Shown here in pieces: positions 1-7,871 of a DNA stretch of 64,000 nucleotides (position 1 is the stretch's first letter; each line of letters begins with the position of its first letter). Origin of the DNA: Candidatus Latescibacterota bacterium (GTDB lineage: Bacteria > Latescibacterota > UBA2968 > UBA8231); contig OZ253462.1 of assembly GCA_965261395.1 (NCBI GenBank), positions 6,272,001-6,336,000 on the forward strand, written 5' to 3'. Position numbers and translations under genes: made by a program. The notes beneath the pieces are model-generated. The model saw only the letters and a list, made by a program, of their open reading frames with translations. It was not told the DNA's origin and made no database searches.

Positions 1-83
1 CAACCTTTATGTCTGCCGTTGACCGAGTGGAGCTTTACAGCTTGTTCTAGGTCGGGGGAATTGATAGAATTACGGAAGACCAT
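1..83 (-). CDS. 5' portion of a hypothetical gene running off the left edge (MVFRNSINSPDLEQAVKLHSVNGRHKG...)
   Basis: ATG at 83 on the minus strand preceded by AAAGGAG; open to position 1. Confidence 0.45.
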   Translation of the reverse strand, partial: MVFRNSINSPDLEQAVKLHSVNGRHKG

Positions 84-122
84 CGACCGTCTCCTTTCGA
101 TTGGGGTAGTGGGTGAATTTGA

Positions 123-874
123 GTGCGACCTGAAAGTCGCTTAAGATGAGTGAAGCAATGCTTCTGGTCCAGTGTATAGGACCATTGCCAGTCTCCCATG
201 CGTTCTGAGTAATCAGAAGGTATGAAGCGGAGATGAAAAGCCCAATGCCAAGTAGTCGTAAACCGAAGCAGGGCAAGGCAAAGACCGAACGGGTGAACGA
301 AAGTGAATCTATGCAAGCCTCGTCAACCCAGCCATCGGCTAAGCGGCTAATGCCGATGTATGAGCCATACGTGAACAATGGATTTCAAACGCCACTATGG
401 ATACACCACCGGCTCCGGGGTATAGTAGGCACCCAACCCGGTCACATCTCACTTATGCGGAACAGGAAAACCCCAAAGAGGTCTGCGTAGGCAGTAACTC
501 AACCGCAAGGAAGGGCTAACTCCTCCGTGGGAGCAGGATGCCACAAGAAGCGAATGCCATCAACTGAAAAGTAAGGGGAACACATAACCCGATGGATAGG
601 GCATTGCCCAACTCGAAAGGGTGCTGACGTGTGGCAGGTGAATCGACCTTGAACATGGATTCAAAAGACTTGAATCAGATACCGATGCGCAGTGCGTATC
701 CTATAATGGAAAACGTGAGCAGAATATCTGAAGGATACCCTAAAGTCTGGAGGAAACCTGACGAGGAAGCGGGAGCACAAGCTTCAGCCCGGTTTGCTTG
801 AGCCGTGTGCGGTGAAAGTCGCACGCACGGTTCTGAGGGGAGGGGGACGTGGCGACATGTCCCCCTTACCCGAC
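123..874 (+). mobile_element. ORF-less group II intron (IIB-like)
   Basis: 5' GTGCG at 123; domain V GAGCCGTGTGCGGTGAAAGTCGCACGCACGGTTC at 800-833; domain VI hairpin ending TTACCCGAC at 874; candidate EBS1 TCAAA (385-389) pairs with exon TTTGA (118-122) and EBS2 ACCCA (326-330) with TGGGT (110-114); no RT ORF. Confidence 0.9.
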
Positions 875-1003
875 ACTTTAGCGGCCGCGATCGTCGCGAC
901 CGGTGGCCAACAGCCGTCGAGAAGGCACAAAAGAAAAAAAAGGTAGTGAGATAATCCCTTAAAAAAGGTTTCCGTTAGACTCTTAGAGGCCGAGTCGGTT
1001 CGG

Positions 1004-1561
1004 CTATTTTAATCCTAGATCTTCCAGTATATCTTTGAAAGGTTTGTGTCTTCGGATCCCCTGAATTACTCTATCCATTTTATCGCTCCACTGATCTCGT
1101 GGATATTTATTGATCTTCCGAAATAAGTTAGCAAAGCTTCCAATTGAACAACCGTAACGGTCTTCAATTACAAAGATAATGAGTTCGATAAGACGGTCCC
1201 ATCCGATGACACTACTTATAATTTCTTGATACTTGATATAGCTGGATAGGTGTTTTATATCTTTATCGCGGAATCCAAATTTGTTGGCAATCTGAAGGTG
1301 GGTTTGATTCCAGTCTAACTGTCCTCTGATATGAAGAATCATCATTCGTTGAGAGTCTTTGAGGTTATGTGGTTCATTTAGAAAACGATAGAATTCTCGT
1401 TCTTCATCCGTTTTGGCGTTTTCATACAGATCATGCTTGCGAGCCTCCTCTTTTAGTTTTAGTCCTCCTAGCGCGCCTAAAATTTTGGGATGCTGAGCAA
1501 GCATTCGTTGAGATTCTCTTAGGTCGTTCTTTGTAACATCAGATATTTCATATTTAGACAT
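1004..1561 (-). CDS. hypothetical protein, AT-rich (185 aa)
   Basis: Long ORF in AT-rich DNA with purine-rich RBS (AAAGGGAGA) upstream; no recognisable motif. Confidence 0.7.
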   Translation of the reverse strand: MSKYEISDVTKNDLRESQRMLAQHPKILGALGGLKLKEEARKHDLYENAKTDEEREFYRFLNEPHNLKDSQRMMILHIRGQLDWNQTHLQIANKFGFRDKDIKHLSSYIKYQEIISSVIGWDRLIELIIFVIEDRYGCSIGSFANLFRKINKYPRDQWSDKMDRVIQGIRRHKPFKDILEDLGLK

Positions 1562-1596
1562 GATCTTTCTCCCTTTCTGATCAGTGGGTTGATTAT

Positions 1597-1637
1597 CTAG
1601 GTAGCTTGCTGAGGATGCTGAATAGCAGGCTACCTAG
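1597..1637. repeat. 14-bp stem inverted repeat
   Basis: CTAGGTAGCTTGCT...AGCAGGCTACCTAG, one mismatch. Confidence 0.6.
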
Positions 1638-1672
1638 GGCGATTTAGGGGCGAGTAGAGTTTTGCCGGTTCG

Positions 1673-1774
1673 TCAGACCGCTTGGATGGGGCCGGGATAG
1701 CAGGCCACCTTGTCGTCCGTGGTAAACAGCGTAACGTTTTCGACTTGTGCTTGCGCGATCAGCAATAAAGTCAT
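1673..1774 (-). pseudogene. vapC: VapC/PIN toxin remnant with large internal deletion (33 aa)
   Basis: MTLLLIAQAQVENVTLFTTDDKVACYPGPIQAV: a PIN-type start fused to the PIN C-terminal LLIAQA motif; start overlaps the antitoxin stop (ATGA). Confidence 0.75.
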
Positions 1775-2022
1775 GCGTTCCCCCCGAACATCTTCTCTAT
1801 CCCCGGTCCGCCCATGCTGTCGAAGTCGTCGGGAACTTTGATCTGTCCGGCCATAAAACCCAACCGACGAGATGCCGCCGTTTTGTCGGCTCGCTCGCGG
1901 ACGAGGGTTTTGAGGTAGCCCCGGACCAGTGCCGATACGGATGTGCCCAACTCCGCCGCCCGAATGCGGGCGAGCCGATGGGTTTCTTCATCTACAGATA
2001 CGGTGATGTTTTTCACGTTCAT
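1771..2022 (-). CDS. ribbon-helix-helix antitoxin (VapB-like); start may be the GTG at 2016
   Basis: KNITVSVDEETHRLARIRAAELGTSVSALVRGYL (RHH-type) plus RRLGFMAGQIKVPDDFD antitoxin tail; AAGGAG RBS. Confidence 0.75.
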   Translation of the reverse strand: MNVKNITVSVDEETHRLARIRAAELGTSVSALVRGYLKTLVRERADKTAASRRLGFMAGQIKVPDDFDSMGGPGIEKMFGGNA

Positions 2023-2087
2023 CTCCTTGCAGATGCCGTACTTTACAGTGCATGGATAGGGCGATGCCGAGGTTTTTGCTGGCCGCC

Positions 2088-3584
2088 TCAAATAGATACT
2101 GAAAACAGCTTGGCTTTGTACAGGTGAAAGCGGAGGCCGACGTTTTCGCCTGCTAGGGCCGATAAGTCGGCACGGCCCCGCCAGCGCGCCGCCTCGGAAA
2201 TGGAATCGCCGGTGAGGGAATCGGCCTCGGCGAGCGAAAAGCCGGGGTGGGCTTCTACGGGCTGGGGAGGCGTGTGAATGGTCTGGACGATTTCGGCTTT
2301 GATCCAGCCGTCCGGGGCCGTGCGAAAGTTGAGCAACAGTTCGCGGCCGCAGCAGGGCCGCTCGATGAGCGTGACCCGCCCCTCGCCTTTGGCCTCTATC
2401 CCCGCGAGCCGATCCGGTTCCCAACAGGCCCAGCGAAATTCCCCATCCTCGGGGTACGACGCGGCGCCGCGGCGGAGGAAGTCGTGGCGGCGTTGGTAGC
2501 CTCTAAAAGGCAGCCGCCAAGTGCCGTTGGCAACGATGAGATTCGGGCTGGCGTAGAGTTGGCCATACGTTCCCCCCTCATAGGTGCGGTCGATGATGGG
2601 CTGGCGGAAGGGCCGGATCCATTGGTGGTTATCGTAGCTGACCGCGAGCTGGACATCGACCGTAGAGGCGATCCGATGATATATCGACGGAAACATCAGG
2701 TAGCGCGGCTGCGTGCCGGGGTACGGCGTGTAGCAGGGGTTGTAGATGTCGTCGTCGAGCGCGTCCAAGGGGTCGGGCAGGAGGCAGGGGCGCGGCTCGG
2801 CCAAGGCTGCAAACTGCGCGCCCGCGACGCGGCGCACCAAGCGCCGGCGGCCGATGTTGCCGCGCAAGTACGCCACATATTGCTCCTGGTGAGGATCGTA
2901 AATGCAGAGGTTGTGGGTGTCTAGCTGGGTTGCGCCGGCGTCGAAGACGGGCGCGCTGAGGTTGTGCCAGTGGATGCCGTCGGCAGAGGTCGCGCCGAGG
3001 AGCTGCTGCCGAATCTCAATCCCTCGCGCCTTTTCTCCGGCCGACACATCGCCCAAGTCGCGGGCCGCGAGCAGGGCCTTGAAGCGCGCGGAGTCCATTT
3101 CCGGGTCGGGCTGGCCGTCGCGGAAGTAGTGCGCCCCCGGGCCGACGGCCTTGTAGCGCTCGGCCGCCGGGGCACTGGGGTCGATGAATACCCAGCCGAG
3201 GGGATGGTCGCGGCCCGCGCTGAGGATGTTGTTGCAGGTAGAGCCTTCGTACTCGCACAATCCCAACTCCGGTCGCTGCCAAGTAAAGCCGTCGTCGCTT
3301 TCGGCGTAGCAGACATACGAGCGCGAGATGTCGTCCAAGCGTTGCACGCCGTACCAGAGGCGGTAGCGCCCTTCGTCGTGGAGCATGGCGTTGACGTGAA
3401 GATTGGCTCCTTGCTCCCAAGGGCGCTCCTTGTGGAAGAAGACCGCGGACTTACGCGCCAGCTCGGGCACGAGTTCAATGCCTTGGGGCGGGTCCTGCGA
3501 CCAGACGGTGCCGTCGTCTTCGAGCTTGCGGTGGGAGGGCCAGATGCCGTACCAGTCGAGGAAAGGCGTGGGTTGGGGTTGCAT
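2088..3584 (-). CDS. hypothetical beta-propeller glycoside hydrolase-like protein
   Basis: 498 aa; YAESDDGFTW and ATSADGIHW BNR/Asp-box-like motifs. Confidence 0.75.
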   Translation of the reverse strand: MQPQPTPFLDWYGIWPSHRKLEDDGTVWSQDPPQGIELVPELARKSAVFFHKERPWEQGANLHVNAMLHDEGRYRLWYGVQRLDDISRSYVCYAESDDGFTWQRPELGLCEYEGSTCNNILSAGRDHPLGWVFIDPSAPAAERYKAVGPGAHYFRDGQPDPEMDSARFKALLAARDLGDVSAGEKARGIEIRQQLLGATSADGIHWHNLSAPVFDAGATQLDTHNLCIYDPHQEQYVAYLRGNIGRRRLVRRVAGAQFAALAEPRPCLLPDPLDALDDDIYNPCYTPYPGTQPRYLMFPSIYHRIASTVDVQLAVSYDNHQWIRPFRQPIIDRTYEGGTYGQLYASPNLIVANGTWRLPFRGYQRRHDFLRRGAASYPEDGEFRWACWEPDRLAGIEAKGEGRVTLIERPCCGRELLLNFRTAPDGWIKAEIVQTIHTPPQPVEAHPGFSLAEADSLTGDSISEAARWRGRADLSALAGENVGLRFHLYKAKLFSVSI

Positions 3585-3590
3585 GGTGAG

Positions 3591-4622
3591 TTAACCTCGG
3601 GCGTTTGCGCCGGTTAGGTCGCTGAGGAGGACCAACTCGCCGCCGCTTTCGGCCGAGGCATTGGCCCCCAAGACAGCGGCTAGGCTGTTGAGGGAAGGGA
3701 CATAGGGGCTGCGCGGCATGGACGGATCGCCGGCTTGGACGGCGGCGATAAAGGCGCGGGCTTGGGCGAAGAAAGCTCCACGCGATTGCGGCTCTTCTGG
3801 GGCCTCCCACACTACCTCACCGTTTTCCGTCACTTTTTGTGGATTCCACTCGATGATTGAGTCGTCGCTGACGACGAGGATTTCGCGTTTGGAGTACGAG
3901 ACATTGCTCATTACCCGCGAGACGCTGGCGTTGGCGGTTATGCGCCCCTTGAAGCGGTAGTTGACGTTGTACACATGGGGCAAGTTCATCGGCTCGATGC
4001 ACTCTTCAGGCAGCGATTCGACGTAGAAGGCCGAGACCGCCTCAATGTCGCCGAGGAAGTAGCGCAACAGGTCGACGCTGTGGATGGTGTTTTCGACGAA
4101 GGAGCCGCCGCAGAGTTCGTAGCGGCTGGTCCAGTAGCGAATCGGCTGGCCGCTGTAGAAGTTTTGGATTTGGGCGTGGCGCGGAGTGCGCTGCTGCAAC
4201 AACTCCAAGGTCGGCGCGGAAGAAGGCTCGTAGCGATAGACGAAGCCGACTTGGGATACGATGCCGGCTTTTGCGACGGCGGCGTTGAATTCGGCGGCTT
4301 GCGCTAGGTCGAGGGTCTGCGGCTTTTCGACGAAGAGGGCGACGCCTTGGTCGGCGGCGATAAGCACTTCGTCGGTGTGTACGGTCGGCGGAATGCACAA
4401 GTAAACCGCGTCGAGTTCCTGCTCTGCGAACATCTGGTGATGGTCGGTATAGGTCGAGCGAGGCTTGTAGACGGCCGCTTGTTCACGGAGGGTTTCCTCG
4501 CTTTTGTCGCAGAATGCTTGGAAGACGACTTGGCCTTCCTCGGCGAGCGCAGCTAACGCCGGGAGGTGCGCCCTTTGGGTGATCCAGCCGAGGCCGATAC
4601 AGCCGACGCGGACGGGTTTCAT
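3591..4622 (-). CDS. Gfo/Idh/MocA oxidoreductase
   Basis: MKPVRVGCIGLGWI Rossmann start, VEKP motif; start corrected to 4622. Confidence 0.9.
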   Translation of the reverse strand: MKPVRVGCIGLGWITQRAHLPALAALAEEGQVVFQAFCDKSEETLREQAAVYKPRSTYTDHHQMFAEQELDAVYLCIPPTVHTDEVLIAADQGVALFVEKPQTLDLAQAAEFNAAVAKAGIVSQVGFVYRYEPSSAPTLELLQQRTPRHAQIQNFYSGQPIRYWTSRYELCGGSFVENTIHSVDLLRYFLGDIEAVSAFYVESLPEECIEPMNLPHVYNVNYRFKGRITANASVSRVMSNVSYSKREILVVSDDSIIEWNPQKVTENGEVVWEAPEEPQSRGAFFAQARAFIAAVQAGDPSMPRSPYVPSLNSLAAVLGANASAESGGELVLLSDLTGANARG

Positions 4623-4636
4623 CTGCAATTTCCTTC

Positions 4637-5539
4637 TCAAAGGGTGAGAGCTTCGATGCGGGCGATGAGTTCGGGAGACAAGGAGCGGCCGTCGGAAACG
4701 GCAACGGAGACTTCGAGTTCGTCTATGGTTGCAGCGCCGGTGAGCAGCACCGAAACCTGGGGATCCGACAGCAAGTAGCGCAGCCCGTGGTCGGGCATGT
4801 CGCCAGGCTCGTCGGCGAGCAGGGCTTCGACTTTTTCGAGTTTGGGATAGAGTTCGGCAAAGCGGCCGGTCTCCTGCCAAGCGTCGCGCTTAGAGCCGAG
4901 CAGGCCGGCGTGCAGTGGCGAGGCGAGGATGATGGCGACGTCGCGGTCGGCTGCGGTGGGCAGGAGGATCTCCTTGGCCGTCTGCACCAACAGGTCGTAT
5001 TTGAGAAAAGTGATCACCGAGACAAAGGCGTCAGTCTCGGCGAGGACATCGCGCATTAGCACTAGGTCCGAGCCGGTCAGGCCGATGTGTTGTGCGAGTC
5101 CCTGCTCGCGAATTTCGAGCATGGCCTCTAAGGCGCGTCCCCGGCCGAATATCCCTTCCCAGCCCGCCTGCTCGGACTCGTGGAGTTGTAGAAGATCCAC
5201 TGAGTCGCGCTGCAAGCGCAGGAGGCTGGCTTCAAACCCTCGCCAAACTGTGTCGCGGGTGTAGTCGAAAGGCGCGGGATAATAGCCTACCTTGGTCGCC
5301 AGATAATAGGGCGCGTCAACGCCTTGGAGGGCGTGGCCGAGGACCTTTTCGCTGCGGCCTTGGCCATAGAGCGGGGCGGTGTCAAAGTAATTGATGCCCA
5401 AGTCGAGGGCGTGCTCGACCATGGCGACCCCGTGTGCCACCGGTAGGAGGCCGTATTCCGGGCGTCCGTAGAACCAAGATCCGCCCATGGCGATTTCGCT
5501 GACTTGCCAGTTCGTTTTGCCGAATCGTCGGTATCGCAC
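4637..5539 (-). CDS. aldo/keto reductase
   Basis: GINYFDTAPLYGQGRSE, ATKVG, DLLQLH motifs. Confidence 0.92.
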   Translation of the reverse strand: MRYRRFGKTNWQVSEIAMGGSWFYGRPEYGLLPVAHGVAMVEHALDLGINYFDTAPLYGQGRSEKVLGHALQGVDAPYYLATKVGYYPAPFDYTRDTVWRGFEASLLRLQRDSVDLLQLHESEQAGWEGIFGRGRALEAMLEIREQGLAQHIGLTGSDLVLMRDVLAETDAFVSVITFLKYDLLVQTAKEILLPTAADRDVAIILASPLHAGLLGSKRDAWQETGRFAELYPKLEKVEALLADEPGDMPDHGLRYLLSDPQVSVLLTGAATIDELEVSVAVSDGRSLSPELIARIEALTL

Positions 5540-5592
5540 GCGTGTACTCCGCTGTTGGGGCTAAATGGAATGAAGTAAGTTAGACACGGCGA

Positions 5593-5624
5593 CGGCCGCT
5601 CGCCACTAGATAGGCGAGCGGCCG
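5593..5624. repeat. perfect 12-bp inverted repeat in a divergent intergenic region
   Basis: CGGCCGCTCGCC-8 nt-GGCGAGCGGCCG. Confidence 0.6.
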
Positions 5625-5647
5625 GTCACCTCTACGTGGAGACGGCG

Positions 5648-6436
5648 ATGCGCTACAGCTATATGGTAATTGACTTTGCGGATCTCGGGGGCGATTTCGC
5701 CGCCGGGTTGGACTTCATTCGGGCCTGTGGGTACGAGGGCGTCGAGTTGAACTTGACCCCCGAGGTACTCGGTCAATTAGACGCGATCGAACGCGCGGTG
5801 GAGGCGTGCGGCTTGGTGGTGCCGTCGCTTTTGACCGGGGCGGCCTATGCCGAGGGGCTATGCTTGAGCGTGGCCGATCCGCATCGCCGCGCCGGTGCCG
5901 TCGCTAGGCTGCGGGAGTACCTGCCGATTGCCCAGCGTTTCAACGCCCTGCTCGTCGTCGGGCTTTTGCAGGGTTTGCGTGCGGATGAGCCCGACGCCGA
6001 GGTGGCCAACGAGCGCATTGCGGCCGGCCTGCGCGAAGTGGGCGTGGCCGCCCAAGACGTTGGCGTGGACCTGGTCGTCGAGCCGATCAATCATTTGCAA
6101 GTGGGGTTTAACAATTCCGTCGGCGAGGTGCGTGCCTTGATTGAGCGCATTGGCGTGCCGGCTTTTAGGCCGATGGTCGATACGATTCACATGAACATTG
6201 AAGAAAAGTCGCTGACTCAGCCCATTTTCGACTGCGGCGACGCGTTGCGGCACGTCCACTTGTGCGAGAGCAACGGCAGCGTGCTGGGCAGCGGGCACCT
6301 CGACTTCAAGGCCGTGCTCGCGGCCTTGGACGCCATTGGCTACGCGGGTTTTGCCTCGGTCAAGGTCTATCGCCAGGCTAGCTTGCGCGAAGCTGCGCCC
6401 GCGAGCTTGGCGTACTTGCGCGGGCTAGCCGGCTAG
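5648..6436 (+). CDS. sugar phosphate isomerase/epimerase (AP endonuclease 2 TIM barrel)
   Basis: EPINH, DTIHMNIEE, HVHLCESN, GSGHLDF motifs. Confidence 0.9.
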   Translation: MRYSYMVIDFADLGGDFAAGLDFIRACGYEGVELNLTPEVLGQLDAIERAVEACGLVVPSLLTGAAYAEGLCLSVADPHRRAGAVARLREYLPIAQRFNALLVVGLLQGLRADEPDAEVANERIAAGLREVGVAAQDVGVDLVVEPINHLQVGFNNSVGEVRALIERIGVPAFRPMVDTIHMNIEEKSLTQPIFDCGDALRHVHLCESNGSVLGSGHLDFKAVLAALDAIGYAGFASVKVYRQASLREAAPASLAYLRGLAG

Positions 6437-6798
6437 CGGGCCGCCCAATACCCGATGAATACGGCGGGAATACCCAGCAGCAGTTGCAGCCCAATGTGGA
6501 CTAAGGCGGCTGGCACCTGACCCGCGCGCAGTATTTGCGCGGTCTCGTAGGCCACGGATGAAAAAGTGGTGAAGCCGCCGAGGAGGCCGACGAAGAGGAA
6601 TAGACGGACTTGGGGGCCTAGGTATTGACGCTCTTCGGCCAAGCCGCCCAAAAAGCCAATGACTAGGCAGCCGACCACATTGACCACGAGGGTGCCGTAG
6701 AGCGTGGTGCCCAACAGGCGCAGGGTCCCCAGGGAGACCAAGTAACGCAGCACCGCTCCAATGAAGCCGCCGCAGCCCACCAGTAGAATGCGATCCAT
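6433..6798 (-). CDS. crcB: fluoride efflux channel Fluc/CrcB
   Basis: GGFIGAVLRY, GTLVVNVVG, GLLGGFTTFSS signature. Confidence 0.95.
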   Translation of the reverse strand: MDRILLVGCGGFIGAVLRYLVSLGTLRLLGTTLYGTLVVNVVGCLVIGFLGGLAEERQYLGPQVRLFLFVGLLGGFTTFSSVAYETAQILRAGQVPAALVHIGLQLLLGIPAVFIGYWAAR

Positions 6799-6872
6799 GA
6801 CGTGCTAACAAAGACATCACCATTCGTGTGGGCAAGCGGTGTAGGGACAATAATCTTTGCACGGAGGAAAAC

Positions 6873-7673
6873 ATGCCCGAGCGGACGCACGACCTAGGAA
6901 AAGTGAAAGAGGAATTTTTCGCGCAGGGGTATTCCCTAGTCGAAGATGCCGTAGAACCCGAGATGGTCGATCGGTTGGAGGCCGCGGCCCGGCGGGTGTG
7001 GGCCAAGGTGCGCGCTGGCGAAGTGGATGTGGCCGGCAACGGCCCGGAGGCCACGGCTATTTTCGGCGTCATTGCCCCGGAATTTGGGGAGCCGGTCTTT
7101 GCCGAGCACTTGGCGTCCCCGGCAATCGAGCGCTATGTCAAGGCTTTTTTGGGGCCGGACTTGCGCATGGGGCACGTGCATCTGTGGTGCGCCGACAAGG
7201 GCTACGACACGGGCTGGCACCGCGACATTGGGACGGGTAATCAAGACGGTGACGCGGAGCGGGAAATGGCGCTTATCACCCAGCCGATGACGGGTTTGCG
7301 GTGGCAATTGGCGCTCGTTGACGATCCCTGTCTATGGCTGGTGCGCGGCAGCCATCTGCGGCCGCGCACGCCCGAGGAACACCACGCCTTAGCTGTGGAT
7401 AGGAAGGTCGATATCACCGGCCAGAAGAACATTTTTTTAAAGAGGGGTCAGGTGCTGTTCTGGAGCGGTTATACGATTCACCGCGGCCGCCAACCAGCGC
7501 ATCTGCCCCAGCGGCTGAGCATGACGGGCGCGCTGATGATCTACCGGCCGGATGAGCCGCAGACGGAGGTGGACGAGCGCTTTCGCTGGAAGCTGGCCGA
7601 CAACGTGCGCGCTGCGCTGCCGCCGAAGGCCCAGCTTTACTACGACCGCTGGCGCGCCCTGCAAAAGGCCTAG
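6873..7673 (+). CDS. phytanoyl-CoA dioxygenase (PhyH) family
   Basis: WHRD, LWLVRGSH, distal HRG; GGAGG RBS before ATG 6873. Confidence 0.85.
   Translation: MPERTHDLGKVKEEFFAQGYSLVEDAVEPEMVDRLEAAARRVWAKVRAGEVDVAGNGPEATAIFGVIAPEFGEPVFAEHLASPAIERYVKAFLGPDLRMGHVHLWCADKGYDTGWHRDIGTGNQDGDAEREMALITQPMTGLRWQLALVDDPCLWLVRGSHLRPRTPEEHHALAVDRKVDITGQKNIFLKRGQVLFWSGYTIHRGRQPAHLPQRLSMTGALMIYRPDEPQTEVDERFRWKLADNVRAALPPKAQLYYDRWRALQKA
7387..7672 (+). repeat. direct repeat copy A1 (3' end of PhyH gene)
   Basis: ~94% identical to 15870-16155 by manual alignment. Confidence 0.95.
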
Positions 7674-7871
7674 ACGCTATCTGAAACGCCGGTGAGCCGT
7701 CCGACGCCGTGTCTTGGTGGTGGGCAATCACATACGGGCGCGGGGATGACGTTAAATTTTTTGACGCAACGGACATTCCCTGACCGCTTCGGGTTTATAT
7801 TTATCCGACGGAGGATTGAGCCATCCCGACACCGACATGGACGCAAATCGAAATTACAGGAGGATGACCCC

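Noticed and set aside
47-490. Short ORFs 47-316, 70-378 and 233-490
   Set aside because: They overlap intron domain I and have no protein features.
3591-4880. Long N-terminal extensions in the ORF track (also 7692, 48801, 52456, 57537)
   Set aside because: They overlap neighbouring genes, scars or IS ends; downstream starts with RBS or family-typical N-termini fit better.
6799-6872. Fluoride riboswitch upstream of crcB
   Set aside because: Only partial resemblance (ACCGC, TGATG); the 5' GGNGAUGG stem is not evident. An Rfam RF01734 search would decide.
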